A DNA stretch of 64,000 nt from an uncultured archaeon (GCA_964558645.1 CAZLEV010000012.1:1-64000); one strand, 5' to 3'; shown: positions 17,990 to 28,809, counted from the first letter of the stretch. Program-made: numbers and translations. Notes: generated by a model not told the origin, from the letters alone.

Positions 17990-19648
17990 CTAATTTGCAA
18001 TATCGGGATCTGCAATTCGCACTGGCCCGTGAACGGAATTTACAACAATCACATCTGCGGCGATGTTATCAGCGTGATCCCCAATCCGCTCTAGGTTCCT
18101 CAGTGTTTCAACAAACATAGCGTCCGCGCTCGGGTTACAGATACCTGCTTCCATGCGTTTGACGTGGTTCGCTCTGAGTGTTCGTTCCATCTTGTCAACC
18201 TTATCTTCGAGAAGTACGGCTCTGCGGGCAACATCTTTGTTTCTTGTCTTGAGAGCATTGATTGCCGCACCATAGGTATCCTCCACCAGCAGGAAGAACT
18301 CGGTCAGCTCTGAGCGTGCCTCTTCAGAGAAATCAATGCCTGCTTCTTGTGCATAAATGGCGAACTCAGCGAGGTTATCTGTCAAATCCCCAACGCGTTC
18401 AATGTCCACCAAGATGGCAAGAAGTTTCATCCTCCATAGCTTGTCGGCTTCACTTAGTTCCTCCTCTCGGATTCTATCGATGAATCGTTCAGACTCTCGA
18501 ACACTCTCATCAACCTCGTCCTCGAAACGGATTATGTCCTTGGCTGCCTCTCTATCCCTCATGACAAGAGCTCGCTTGCTTAGCTGGATCATAGACAAGG
18601 TGATATCTGCCGTTCGAATGATATCGCGTTCGGCCTCAAGAAGGGCAACTTGCGGAAAATGCAACATCTCTTCATCAAAGAAATGCCGCCCAATAACCTC
18701 CCCTTCTTTATCTGGAATTGCTCTCTCGCAAAATCGAACCAGAAGCCCAACAAGAGGTATCATTGCGACACTAACAAGGACATTGAAGATAGTGTGCGCA
18801 TTGGCAATCTGGCGAGCTAGGTCAGGTGAGGTTGAAGCCACAATGCTGGAGAACGGCCTGAGGAATGGAATGAACACCAATACTCCGAAGACGTTGATCA
18901 TTGTCTGGGCTAGAGCCGTTCTCTTTGCCGGAGTGGTGGCTCCGACGGCCGCAAATATCTCAAGAAAACATGTTCCTATATTCGCACCCATTACCAAAGC
19001 AATGCCCGCGTCAAGACTGATGACTCCTCCCATTCCCATGGCAATGACTAGACTAGTTGTTGCAGAACTGCTCTGAGTCACTCCTGCTATCAGTGTTCCG
19101 ATCAGGATGGCAACAATTGGAACAGTCCCATAGTCATTGATCAGTGCAACGAAGACAGGGCTGTTCCCAAGAGGTCGAGCCCCGTCTTTCATGAATTCCA
19201 TTGCCAAGAACAAGAGGCCAAGACTAAACAGCACCTTTCCAACCAAGCGGATTCTCTCACTTCGTGCAAACATATGGAGGAAGAAGCCAACAGCCACCAG
19301 TGGCCAGAATGCCATGCCGATATCAAATGATACCAGCTGAGCTGTAATCGTTGTCCCGATTTCAGAGCCGAGCATCACGTTCACCGACTGTCTGAAGGTC
19401 ATCATACCTGCATTGACGAATCCGATGAGCGTTAGCACGGTTATGCTTGAACTCTGTGTCATGAATGTGGCTGCGGTACCCACACCCATTCCCTTCACTG
19501 GATTGTTCGTCGCCTTCTCCAGAAGCTTCGCTACTTTCGAGCCTGAGATCTTTCCCAGAGTTTCTCTGAGTAGTGTAACAGCATACATGAAAAGTGCGAG
19601 CCCGCCTATGATGTTGAACCCTACTGAGAGCCAGTCCATAGTTTGCAT
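17990..19648 (-). CDS. Na+/Pi cotransporter family protein with C-terminal PhoU domains
   Basis: Two QSSS repeats, GANIGT, RQIANAHTIFN, DIERVGD/NLERIGDH. Confidence 0.93.
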   Translation of the reverse strand: MQTMDWLSVGFNIIGGLALFMYAVTLLRETLGKISGSKVAKLLEKATNNPVKGMGVGTAATFMTQSSSITVLTLIGFVNAGMMTFRQSVNVMLGSEIGTTITAQLVSFDIGMAFWPLVAVGFFLHMFARSERIRLVGKVLFSLGLLFLAMEFMKDGARPLGNSPVFVALINDYGTVPIVAILIGTLIAGVTQSSSATTSLVIAMGMGGVISLDAGIALVMGANIGTCFLEIFAAVGATTPAKRTALAQTMINVFGVLVFIPFLRPFSSIVASTSPDLARQIANAHTIFNVLVSVAMIPLVGLLVRFCERAIPDKEGEVIGRHFFDEEMLHFPQVALLEAERDIIRTADITLSMIQLSKRALVMRDREAAKDIIRFEDEVDESVRESERFIDRIREEELSEADKLWRMKLLAILVDIERVGDLTDNLAEFAIYAQEAGIDFSEEARSELTEFFLLVEDTYGAAINALKTRNKDVARRAVLLEDKVDKMERTLRANHVKRMEAGICNPSADAMFVETLRNLERIGDHADNIAADVIVVNSVHGPVRIADPDIAN

Positions 19649-19769
19649 GGTTCTCGTTGGACCGGGTCAGACATATGAAGATGTTGCCTGCCGAGCTGAG
19701 ATTTCACATCACATGGTAGCAAATGACTAATGCTATGCGGGAAGACTAGTTGATTGTGGAGTGTACCTA

Positions 19770-21164
19770 TCAATGACTGAATTCTTGAGCTTCTAGCTCC
19801 TGAACCGTTATTCTTGGCTCGATACTGAACAGAACCAATATTGTGAGGATAGCTATGTTGAGTCCAAGCACAATATAGAGAAGCGGCAGACCTTGATAGA
19901 GCGTATAGATAATGCCAGCGGGAATAGGCCCTAATGTAACAAAGAGCAGCACTATGAACATGGTGAGACTCAGCATCTTCCCCATATCTGCACGAGGCAG
20001 GGATTTCTGGATATAGGTGCCGAGCACGGAAAACCACAAGATATCATTGATCTGTTTCATCGCTGTGGCAATAAAGGCGAGTGAGAGAATCACGCTGAGA
20101 CCAGGATAGATGGAGTTCAGTACATCCACCCACTCCTTGGGCCCAACGTAAGTAATGTATTGTGCTACAATGAGAAGTGCAATAGCGACAGGCATCACAG
20201 AGTAGACGACAACGGTAAGCCTCCGCCCGCCCTTCGTGTCGAACACACGTCCAAGGTACATGGCCAGGGGAACAGAGAACGCCAAAGTGATCAGAAACAT
20301 GAGGTTAATCTCAGAGAAACCGAAATTGAGTGTTTCATTCACAAAGTAGAGACTTGAGAAATTGTAAAAGCTATCGCTGAATGCATCGATACATATTACC
20401 GCAACAAAGACAGGAAGCACCTTCAGAAGCAGTCTGATACCCCGGATATTCTCACTAACGAAGTCCCGCACTATCCCTCCGTGGTGGCTATTTCTCTTGG
20501 GCACTGAAAACGACTTCAGGGCAGTGGCGCGAATCAGCGCAGATACCAAGTAGAGAAAGCCAGCAACCAAGAGCAACAGCCGCATAATGCCAACAAAACT
20601 CAAGCCCATATCCAGAAGCAAGCCAAACGCATAAAGCGGAACAAGGCCAAAGGAAGTGCCCAGCGTGAAGAGGCTGTTCGCAACTCCGCCCAATCTTCTG
20701 TCAACCTGTTGCATGTGATACGCTTGACCGGCAGTCCCGGTAAAGGACGACATTGCTGCGACAACTAGAGCAGATCCAACACCGATGAGATCCGTGAGGA
20801 ATGAAAGCATGAGGAAGCCGGAACCGCTTACCAGCATTGTCACAACTGATAGCTTCCGCCTGTCGTAGTTGTCAGCTAGATATCCTGATACAAAGGACCC
20901 TATCACGTTGACGCCAAACATCAATGACAAGATGACTCCTGTCATGACATAAGATATGCCGATATCGCGGAAGTAGAGCGTGAAGTATTGGCGAAGAATC
21001 CCCATGCTGTTATAGATCCATACAGTCAGAAGATAGATGGCCCAGTTTCTATTGCTGAGTACACGCTTGACGGACTGAAACCAGGTGAGATGTGATATAT
21101 TATCCTGATCTCCGTGGGCATCGTGGATAGTGGCCATACTCGGAGATTGATTTTCTTCACCCAT
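19770..21164 (-). CDS. MFS transporter
   Basis: About 12 TM; GYLADNYDRRK and GRVFDTKGGRR motif A. Confidence 0.88.
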   Translation of the reverse strand: MGEENQSPSMATIHDAHGDQDNISHLTWFQSVKRVLSNRNWAIYLLTVWIYNSMGILRQYFTLYFRDIGISYVMTGVILSLMFGVNVIGSFVSGYLADNYDRRKLSVVTMLVSGSGFLMLSFLTDLIGVGSALVVAAMSSFTGTAGQAYHMQQVDRRLGGVANSLFTLGTSFGLVPLYAFGLLLDMGLSFVGIMRLLLLVAGFLYLVSALIRATALKSFSVPKRNSHHGGIVRDFVSENIRGIRLLLKVLPVFVAVICIDAFSDSFYNFSSLYFVNETLNFGFSEINLMFLITLAFSVPLAMYLGRVFDTKGGRRLTVVVYSVMPVAIALLIVAQYITYVGPKEWVDVLNSIYPGLSVILSLAFIATAMKQINDILWFSVLGTYIQKSLPRADMGKMLSLTMFIVLLFVTLGPIPAGIIYTLYQGLPLLYIVLGLNIAILTILVLFSIEPRITVQELEAQEFSH

Positions 21165-21629
21165 CTTTGGTCCTCAAGGCAAGTTGCTGTCCAAACCAAT
21201 TCCACGGACATATAGATTTGTGGATGTGTGTAATCTCGCATAGAATGGTTAACTTGTTAACCTTGCAGAGAAGGGATGATAACAGCTTCGTAGAAAGGGG
21301 TACCGGAGTGCGGTTCAGCTGCTCACCGTACGATCATCTATTCCTATTCACTTATTGGAGGCTCATCATCACCGCAAGAATTGCGTGCGAAGGCAGACCT
21401 ATTATCTTTTCCAAATAGCGCGCACGGCATGGGATGGCATGCGAGCCATTACAGTCCAAGGTTGTTCTCATGAGAAGTGAATCACCGGTCCCACCGTCAG
21501 CCACAGCCAATTCAATACTAACTGTTATTGGCGTTCATATTTCGCATTAAAGATAGAAGCAGTTAGTGCGTAATATCCCAACGCTTAATACGCCACAGAA
21601 GAGCTATATAAACGAGGTAACAATAGATA

Positions 21630-22298
21630 ATGACTACTAGGACAGATGAACAGATCAAAAAAGATGTGGTGGACCATCTCTACTGGGACCACCGCGTGGA
21701 TGCCTCTGATGTAGAGGTTGAAGTTGAGGACAATGAGGTTGTTTTGCGGGGTTCTGTACCCAGCTATACAGCCTCGGAGGCAGCTCTGTTCGATGCCTGG
21801 AAAGCAGAAGGAGTCACAAAGGTAGACAACCGACTTCTCGTCAAGTACCCGCCCACGATAGAGATTCCCAGCGATGATGACATAGCAGAACGAGTGAAGT
21901 TTGTATTAGAGTGGAACCAATCCACTGCAGATGCCGACATTGATGTCAGCGTTGATACAGGCAATGTGATTCTCAAGGGGACTGTTGACGCTTACTGGCG
22001 GAAGTTCAGGGCGCAGCAGCTGGTCTCTGACGTAAGAGGTGTTATCAGTGTTGACAACAAGATCACTGTCGTTCCGACAGAGAAAGTAACAGATGAGGTC
22101 ATCGCAAAAGATGTGATCAAAGCGATTGACAGAAGTTTCTCGGTAGACGTGAACGATGTCGACGTAAAGGTTGAAGACGGGATCGTTACTCTTTCGGGAG
22201 TAGTACCTGACAGAGCTACCCATCTTGTGGCCCTCGCGTGTGCGGAGAATACGTTTGGGGTCCTCGATGTTGAAGACAGATTAGTTGTAGCTGGATAG
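21630..22298 (+). CDS. Triple BON-domain protein
   Basis: Three repeats D..I...V.......V.V.V.dg.V.L.G.V.......A....GV..V.N.L. Confidence 0.9.
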   Translation: MTTRTDEQIKKDVVDHLYWDHRVDASDVEVEVEDNEVVLRGSVPSYTASEAALFDAWKAEGVTKVDNRLLVKYPPTIEIPSDDDIAERVKFVLEWNQSTADADIDVSVDTGNVILKGTVDAYWRKFRAQQLVSDVRGVISVDNKITVVPTEKVTDEVIAKDVIKAIDRSFSVDVNDVDVKVEDGIVTLSGVVPDRATHLVALACAENTFGVLDVEDRLVVAG

Positions 22299-22317
22299 AA
22301 GCTTCAGTATGCCTCAA

Positions 22318-22356
22318 GGGGAATGCCGCCAAAATCCGATTGGTGGCAATCTCCCC
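22318..22356. terminator. Stem-loop between convergent genes
   Basis: GGGGA-ATGCCGCCA...TGGTGGCA-ATC-TCCCC followed by a pyrimidine tract. Confidence 0.45.
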
Positions 22357-22368
22357 AATCTTCTTCTT

Positions 22369-23334
22369 TTACGACAGATGTAATCGTAAGGCGTTCCTCC
22401 AGTATATGCGCTCCAAAACCTCGTCATCAAGATTCAAGCCGTTGATGAAGGTCCCTCCTGAACCCACCGTGTCTGCATCAACGAAAGGTAGTGGCATCCT
22501 TCTAACGTCACTCTCCCAGAGTAACCTCTCTGACTTGAATCTTCCTTCATAATAGGCGATGTCGTTGTCTCGAGCCACACAATCGCTTCCGAACAGGATT
22601 CGGTCAGAGTATTTCGTCACGAAGCGTCTTGCCTTCTCCGGGTCATTTCCGAGTTCCCGGACCATCCATCGAGCGGATCCCGTGTCGACATTGAGATTGG
22701 AGTACTCGTCGAACATCCGTCCTAGATTGTCAAGGCGATGAACCTCTGGTTGAGCGCCAAAATGAGCCACCTGAAATGTCACTCCTCGGCTCATTTGGAG
22801 TCGTTGCTCCAGTTCCATAAGGTGTTCTTCCTTTGTGCCGTAGACTGATTTCTTTTCGTATCGTGTCTTGTAGTAAGTATCAGGATCGGAGACGTGTATC
22901 AAGACAGGAATGTCTTCTTCAGCCAGCGCGTCAAAGAAGGGATCAAACTCGGAGCTATCTAGCGGCGGGATGTTCTTCACCTCGGATATCCTGTCGCTCC
23001 AAAAGGGGGCAAAGTGCACCTTCGCCACACTGTATCCTTCTTGTCTCATCGAGTGCACTTCTGGTACAGCCTCATCAAGTCCCTCTCCGAATATCATCCA
23101 TCCGGAGAAGTATTTGGCGAAGACAAACCTGCCAGGATACCGCTGTGAGTAGGCATCAGTTCCCGCGTTTCCATGTACGATGAGAAGAGATCTCTCCACA
23201 CCGTAGTCATTGCCGATCCGGACGAGTAGCTCCAAATACTGCTCATCAACAACATGACTATGAGCATCGAAGATCGGCCCGGTGTATCTCGGTTCGAAAT
23301 CCAGGACAAGCACCCACTTCGGGCAAGATAGCAT
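22369..23334 (-). CDS. Amidohydrolase_2 family metallohydrolase
   Basis: IFDAHSH, PVLIHVSD, VAHFG, DRILFGSD, RIYWRNA; start moved from 23649, which overlaps the opposite gene. Confidence 0.88.
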   Translation of the reverse strand: MLSCPKWVLVLDFEPRYTGPIFDAHSHVVDEQYLELLVRIGNDYGVERSLLIVHGNAGTDAYSQRYPGRFVFAKYFSGWMIFGEGLDEAVPEVHSMRQEGYSVAKVHFAPFWSDRISEVKNIPPLDSSEFDPFFDALAEEDIPVLIHVSDPDTYYKTRYEKKSVYGTKEEHLMELEQRLQMSRGVTFQVAHFGAQPEVHRLDNLGRMFDEYSNLNVDTGSARWMVRELGNDPEKARRFVTKYSDRILFGSDCVARDNDIAYYEGRFKSERLLWESDVRRMPLPFVDADTVGSGGTFINGLNLDDEVLERIYWRNALRLHLS

Positions 23335-23470
23335 CCCTTTTGAAACTCTTGCTCTGACCAAGCGAGCAATCTGTTCAGAGTGACGTCGAATCAATAAGCG
23401 AAGACCTTTTTTAGGAGTGTAATCAGAAACTGATATCCAATTCGTAGATTGGTTAAGGAGAAAAACACAC

Positions 23471-24148
23471 ATGAAACGCACGCTAAGCATTATACTCGCT
23501 CTAGCAATAACCGGAATCTTTCTGATCACTCCCGTTACTGCGGCCACTTCCCAAGGTCTTGAATGGGGAATAAGTGTTGGCGACCAGTTCAACTTCCAGA
23601 TGAGCATCTCTGAAATCGATAGTGAGGATGAGGATGTCAACGAAGGCATCTATATGGAAGTGGAAACCAGAGACACCATCCCGAACGTGTTGACCGACTG
23701 GGCCGACATGCCTGACATCGATATCGACCTTGCATGGACAAACGGAACCTCAATGGGATTCAGCGCTTTGATTTTCTTGTTCATTGGCGCTACTGGCGGT
23801 AAGATTGCAGTTCCGATAGGGAATTTCACGCTTCTCACCGAGCTTCTGTTGGACACGTACGAGAATCTCACCGTAAGTGAGAACTCAGCATACTGGGAAG
23901 TTGTGGCTGAGTATGAATACCTTAATCAGACAGGCACTGTGACGACTTCCTACCTCAAGGAAGATGGCTTCCTTGCCAAGTACATAGTGTCAGTAGCTAA
24001 TCAGACACACACGGTAGCAGACCTTTCGGTCATCCGAGATGGGCTCCCATCGGAAATCATGGTTTTGATTCAAGACAACATCCTGATAATCGGCGGGGGA
24101 ATAGCCGTGATAGTGATACTCGGTTTAGTTGTCTGCAAGAAGAAGTAG
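23471..24148 (+). CDS. Secreted, C-terminally membrane-anchored protein
   Basis: Signal peptide MKRTLSIILALAITG..., acidic body with N-x-T/S sequons, C-terminal TM plus CKKK. Confidence 0.8.
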   Translation: MKRTLSIILALAITGIFLITPVTAATSQGLEWGISVGDQFNFQMSISEIDSEDEDVNEGIYMEVETRDTIPNVLTDWADMPDIDIDLAWTNGTSMGFSALIFLFIGATGGKIAVPIGNFTLLTELLLDTYENLTVSENSAYWEVVAEYEYLNQTGTVTTSYLKEDGFLAKYIVSVANQTHTVADLSVIRDGLPSEIMVLIQDNILIIGGGIAVIVILGLVVCKKK

Positions 24149-24343
24149 TACACGAGTCTAAGACAAATACTCAGAACCGGCCATTGCATGGTTCGGAACG
24201 AGGCATGGGAGTTAACGGCTTCACCGACTTTCTGCCTCTCTTCCTCTTTTTATCCGAAGGATACGACTCGCTCTCAAGAGTTTTGGATACAGACGACCTG
24301 ATGCAGTTTCCAAACGATCCTTCAAGGAGAGAATCAGCAACGC

Positions 24344-25711
24344 CTAAGCATTCATCCTGGACCACAGGTCTCTGGCAGACTTCTTGGACATCCGGACGAC
24401 CTCAGATTCATTGACCCGGGTAAGTCGCCCATCTCGCACGACGATTTCACCGTCAACGATTGTGTCGCGCACATCTCTCCCTGAGAAGGTGTTGATGATA
24501 TGACCAATGACTGATTCGGGGGTGAGTGGTGTCGGAGCGCGCGAACCGTCGATGATTACGAGGTCGGCAAGCTTGCCCGCTTCTATGCTCCCTATCGCGG
24601 CGTCGAGTCCATAGCACCGTGCGCCTTCAACTGTTGACATCCTCACAACAGCCAATGGTGATATGATGCTTGGATTCTTGTGCGAGAGTCTGTGAACGGT
24701 ATAGGCACACCTCATGTTTTCGAAAGGGTCGAATATCCAACCGTCATTACCTAGTCCGACGACGATGCCCCTAGAAAGCATCTCAGGTACAGGGGCAATT
24801 CCAACAGCGTTGAGCATATTGCTCATGGGATTGTGGGCCACAGAGGAGCCGGTCTTAGCTATAAGGTCTAGCTCGTTATCATCCACGTGGACACAGTGAG
24901 CGAGAACCGTGTTGGGGCCCAGAGCCCCGAGACGGTCAAGGCGCTCCACTGTCCGTTCCCCATAGCGCTCAAGATTATGGTAGAGGTCGACTGCACCTTC
25001 GGAGGTGTGGATTGTCAATGGTACACCCATGACCTTAGCTTTCTCTGCAGACTTCTCTATGAGGGAATCAGAAACAGTAAATGACGCATGTATGCTTACC
25101 ATCAGCGAGGCAAGATTCTCACAACTGTCGCACTGTCCTGCAAAACGAAGATTCTCCTCGAGACCTCGTTCAGCCTCCTCCTTGGTGTGGCGCTCAGTCA
25201 TCTCGAAGGCTAGGACTGCACGGATTCCCACACGGTTGGTTGCCTCTGCGATGCGATCCAGACTTCCATCAATCGAGTTCGGGCCTGAGTATGTGTCAGC
25301 AAGGAAAGTAGAACCGTTCTTGAGTAGCTCTGCAGAGGCAGACAACCCGCTCGCATAAGCATCATCGAGATTCAGGGCCTCGTCCAAGGGCCACCAGACT
25401 CGTTGAAGGACCTGTGCGAAATCACTGGGGGGGTCAATATCTAGAGAAGCTCCTCGTAATAGAATACCGTAGAGATGGGTATGAGCCGTCACAAAGCCCG
25501 GCATGACTACACAACCGGATGCATCAACTCGTGAGTCGACATCCGTGTCACAGTCGCCCGCATTCACTTCGGAAATTCGGTTGTCCTCGATGAGGACATA
25601 CCCCCTCTCAATGATAGTGTTCCCATCATCCATTGTGACGATAAGACCATTCTCTATCGCATTGACGTCGCCCAATTCGTTCACCTGTTGTGGCAACATA
25701 TGCTGAGTCAT
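24344..25711 (-). CDS. Amidohydrolase (SsnA / MTA-SAH deaminase-like)
   Basis: PGFVTAHTH, IHTSEG, LAHCVH, HNPMSN, GLGND, GSIEAGKLADL. Confidence 0.92.
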   Translation of the reverse strand: MTQHMLPQQVNELGDVNAIENGLIVTMDDGNTIIERGYVLIEDNRISEVNAGDCDTDVDSRVDASGCVVMPGFVTAHTHLYGILLRGASLDIDPPSDFAQVLQRVWWPLDEALNLDDAYASGLSASAELLKNGSTFLADTYSGPNSIDGSLDRIAEATNRVGIRAVLAFEMTERHTKEEAERGLEENLRFAGQCDSCENLASLMVSIHASFTVSDSLIEKSAEKAKVMGVPLTIHTSEGAVDLYHNLERYGERTVERLDRLGALGPNTVLAHCVHVDDNELDLIAKTGSSVAHNPMSNMLNAVGIAPVPEMLSRGIVVGLGNDGWIFDPFENMRCAYTVHRLSHKNPSIISPLAVVRMSTVEGARCYGLDAAIGSIEAGKLADLVIIDGSRAPTPLTPESVIGHIINTFSGRDVRDTIVDGEIVVRDGRLTRVNESEVVRMSKKSARDLWSRMNA

Positions 25712-25724
25712 AGATTAGTCTTGC

Positions 25725-27188
25725 TCAAAGCTCGATATCCACGTAGCTGACCGTCCCCTCACCTGATCGATACACGATTCCGCTCCTTTCAAGCTCTTCG
25801 AGCGTCGCGTTGAACTCATCCTCATCCATACCATGACCTGCCAGCTCAGCTCTGAGCAGCTCAATAGTGACATTTTTCCCTTCTTGGTGATGAAGAGCTT
25901 TCAGAGCCATCAAGAAGCGCTCCTCGGGTTCTAGGTCAGAATCATCTATGTTGAAGTCGTCTACCGACGCTATCTCTGGTAGTTTAGGCCGTTCATTTGT
26001 TGATTTCTTCTGTGCTGACATTAGAGCACCTAGCAGACTCTTGCGGGCGTTCTCTGTCGCTTTGTCTCTTGCTGGCTCCTCCTCAAGGTCCGAGAGAGAC
26101 ATCCCCTCTGGTTGCGTGTCGTCTTCGATGTCGGATTCATCCATGTAGGGGATTGGGTCTTGAGCTTCGACGTCTACTCCCAGCCACTCAGACTCTACAT
26201 CTTTGTTGACCGGAGCTGCTCTCAGAAGTTGTTTCCGAAATCTCTTCTGAATCTGCTTGCGTTGGTTCTCCAAGCTAGAGCCCTTACATTCCTTCATTCC
26301 AAGCTGTAGAACGAGTCGCTCCGCTGCTCTCCGGACGCGTGCGTGAGAATCCTTAACCATGTACTCCAGTATCTTCATAATGGAAGTAAGCTTCGATTTT
26401 TCAATAGCGATGTTTTCAAGAAGTGCTTGTTTGACCCGCCAGTCCTCATCTGCGACTACCTCCATGACTATACCGCTAGCACGAGATATGCCTATTACCC
26501 CCACGCGAGCGGCCACCTGGACTCGTTCTTGCCATCTATTGCTCTGAAGATATGAACTGGCGTACTTAATCGACTTGACGTCCATTATCTCCAGTATATA
26601 TGGGAGAAGTTCCCTCCTCTTCTCTACCGACTTCTTGACCAGGACCTTAGTGAACCGGTTTCTTGTTCGACGTGGAAAGTCGGTAATCTTCTGGATGGAA
26701 CCGAGAGAAACAGAAGTTATTCGCTCCGAGATAATCTTCTTTACATGATTGGCCCCTTTACGATCCAGAGTAGACAGAATTCCAAATACAGTGGGTTGGT
26801 GTTCACGCCCAAGGTCAGCCAAGGCCTCAATCCAGTAGTCCTGTTCTGAAGATGACTCAGGACCGCCAGTTGTCTTGAAACGTTCCTCGATGACCTGAAG
26901 AACCTGCTCGCGCTCCGCAGGATTAAGATCTGCCAGCCTCTCGAAGAGCTCCTTCACGTACTTCCCGTAGACATTCTGGCCTAAGGTTCTGAATGCAAGT
27001 TTGCAGACAGTCATATCATCAGAGGAAGTCAGGACAAGCGCCTTAGGAATCAAGGAGAAGCCATTTGGAAAGGTGACCATCTCACCCGCTGCTGAATACA
27101 TAGTCTCTAGGTCTTCGGACTCCAATGAGTCAGAGATCCTTCGCATCTCGTTGATCTTTGCAGACTCGATACTCCGAAGAGCCTTCAA
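25725..27188 (-). CDS. HEAT-repeat protein with acidic linker and C-terminal winged helix
   Basis: WQERV, DEDWRVK, DSHARVR repeats; C-terminal VTIELL...MDEDEF...LEELERSGIVY. Confidence 0.7.
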   Translation of the reverse strand: MKALRSIESAKINEMRRISDSLESEDLETMYSAAGEMVTFPNGFSLIPKALVLTSSDDMTVCKLAFRTLGQNVYGKYVKELFERLADLNPAEREQVLQVIEERFKTTGGPESSSEQDYWIEALADLGREHQPTVFGILSTLDRKGANHVKKIISERITSVSLGSIQKITDFPRRTRNRFTKVLVKKSVEKRRELLPYILEIMDVKSIKYASSYLQSNRWQERVQVAARVGVIGISRASGIVMEVVADEDWRVKQALLENIAIEKSKLTSIMKILEYMVKDSHARVRRAAERLVLQLGMKECKGSSLENQRKQIQKRFRKQLLRAAPVNKDVESEWLGVDVEAQDPIPYMDESDIEDDTQPEGMSLSDLEEEPARDKATENARKSLLGALMSAQKKSTNERPKLPEIASVDDFNIDDSDLEPEERFLMALKALHHQEGKNVTIELLRAELAGHGMDEDEFNATLEELERSGIVYRSGEGTVSYVDIEL

Positions 27189-28078
27189 TTCTTGCCCCCT
27201 CCTGCATCAATTGATTCTGATTCATTGATGAACTCCGTGAGAGCCTCTTGTTCGCCCTTAGCTTCCTTCTTCTTCTTCGTCTGTGTGCGTTCTTCGCCCA
27301 CATGGCTCTCGATTGTTTCTCCATTCAGAGTAACTTGGCGGGTGGAGTCAGGGAAGACCTGCGCCGAACTCAAATCAACTTCCATGTCTACGAGTGCATG
27401 TTCGTAGGCCTGCATCAGCTCTTCGAAACGGGGGTCGTCCTTCGAGAGTCGATCTTCGGTTATAGATAGACTCCGCAGAAGTTTCCGACCTTCTCTCGAT
27501 TTCCTGAGCGGCTCCAAGTACGCATATTTCCGCTTGAGGTCAGGTTCTGCTTCACGATACTTATCCAGACGCGCCTCGCGAAGCTCGTCTAGAAGGTATC
27601 CAAACCCGTCGAGTTCGAGTCCTATATCTTCGATGTGGTTCAGATGGCCACGGTTGATTTGCTTGACAAGAAGACCGACACAGTGGTTCCGAGCAGCCCT
27701 TCGACCTGCTTTCCAGGACTCTTCTGATAGAACCGTCTGCAAGAGCTCGGAAGTGGTTATCTTGATGGGAAGACTGAGTGATTGCATATCCAGGGAAGCG
27801 AACACACCATCTCTGAGCAGCAAGAGGGTTTCTGCAAGTTCTTCGTCTGGATGTTCCTTCGCCCAAAACTTCTCTATATCGGTGTAGACTCTGTCCCATG
27901 GATGCGTTTCTCTGTCGTCCCAGAATCCCTCCAGAGACTCCCTGACAGCACTCATGTCTCCACGGCGGATACTCTCGCACATACATCGCACGAATTCTAG
28001 TCTGCCTCTGTTCGAAGTCTTTGAATTCTTGGGCAGAGTCTTTACCTCCGAGGTAGTACTCTGATTGCTGGCTGGCAC
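27185..28078 (-). CDS. Hypothetical helical protein with a C-terminal PIP-box-like motif
   Basis: 297-aa ORF overlapping the next start by 4 nt; KKKKEAKGEQEALTEFI. Confidence 0.65.
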   Translation of the reverse strand: MPASNQSTTSEVKTLPKNSKTSNRGRLEFVRCMCESIRRGDMSAVRESLEGFWDDRETHPWDRVYTDIEKFWAKEHPDEELAETLLLLRDGVFASLDMQSLSLPIKITTSELLQTVLSEESWKAGRRAARNHCVGLLVKQINRGHLNHIEDIGLELDGFGYLLDELREARLDKYREAEPDLKRKYAYLEPLRKSREGRKLLRSLSITEDRLSKDDPRFEELMQAYEHALVDMEVDLSSAQVFPDSTRQVTLNGETIESHVGEERTQTKKKKEAKGEQEALTEFINESESIDAGGGKN

Positions 28079-28152
28079 TTAACCCTTTTCTGTGGTTGTA
28101 TTGCACGGCTACTCCCTGAAGAGTCGCTGAACCTAATCAGTGGAACAAAGGC

Positions 28153-28770
28153 CTAAGAGAGGTATGGTCTAATCCTCTTCACTCCTTGGCTCCAGATTGC
28201 TTCGCCCATCCTTCTGTATCCACTGACACTCAGGTGTAGACCATCACCGGAGTCGTACTCAGGCTTGAGAAGTCTGCCTTCATCACTGAGAGCATTGAAT
28301 AGATCCACTAGGACTGCCTTCTGCCGGTCGGCTATCGCCTCATCCAGTTGCCTGTTGATATTCGCCTGCATCGACTGAATGCCACCATAGATGTGTCCGA
28401 TTGGTGGAATTGTGCATCCTATGACAGGTATGTTCTCGTCCAGACAAGTGTCCCAGAGTGCTGTTATGGCCGACACTACCGCCTTTATGGAATAGCCCCA
28501 GCCAATATCGTTTGATCCCCCTAGGATCACAGCAACATCATACACGGAACCTCGTCGTTGTAGAGTTCGCCTCATCCTCGGATACATATTCTGTGCCAGT
28601 TCTCCGGGAACACCGCGATTTTCGAATTGGATATCCAAATCTGCCTCATCCAGTGCTCGCTTCTCGAGCCAGTAAGAATACTGAGATTCTTCATCGCCCT
28701 CTTTGAGTTCTGGGTCATAGCCCGGCGTTCCGGCTGTGAGGCTATCCCCAAATCCAAGAACTCGAATCAT
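28153..28770 (-). CDS. SGNH/GDSL hydrolase
   Basis: GDSLTAG, RGVPGE, GGSND, DGLH; likely start MIRVLGF. Confidence 0.93.
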   Translation of the reverse strand: MIRVLGFGDSLTAGTPGYDPELKEGDEESQYSYWLEKRALDEADLDIQFENRGVPGELAQNMYPRMRRTLQRRGSVYDVAVILGGSNDIGWGYSIKAVVSAITALWDTCLDENIPVIGCTIPPIGHIYGGIQSMQANINRQLDEAIADRQKAVLVDLFNALSDEGRLLKPEYDSGDGLHLSVSGYRRMGEAIWSQGVKRIRPYLS

Positions 28771-28809
28771 TGAAGGCCACGACATCCTCGCGCAGTCCAC
28801 CTATTCTCT

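Noticed and set aside
18357-19076. Long antisense ORFs (this 239-aa one, and 27561-28106, 57920-58492, 61915-62478 and similar)
   Set aside because: They are shadows or alternate frames of well-supported genes and have no motifs of their own.
23335-23649. N-terminal 105 aa of the 426-aa amidohydrolase ORF
   Set aside because: It overlaps the opposite-strand secreted protein gene and the shared promoter region; the family motif starts after 23334.
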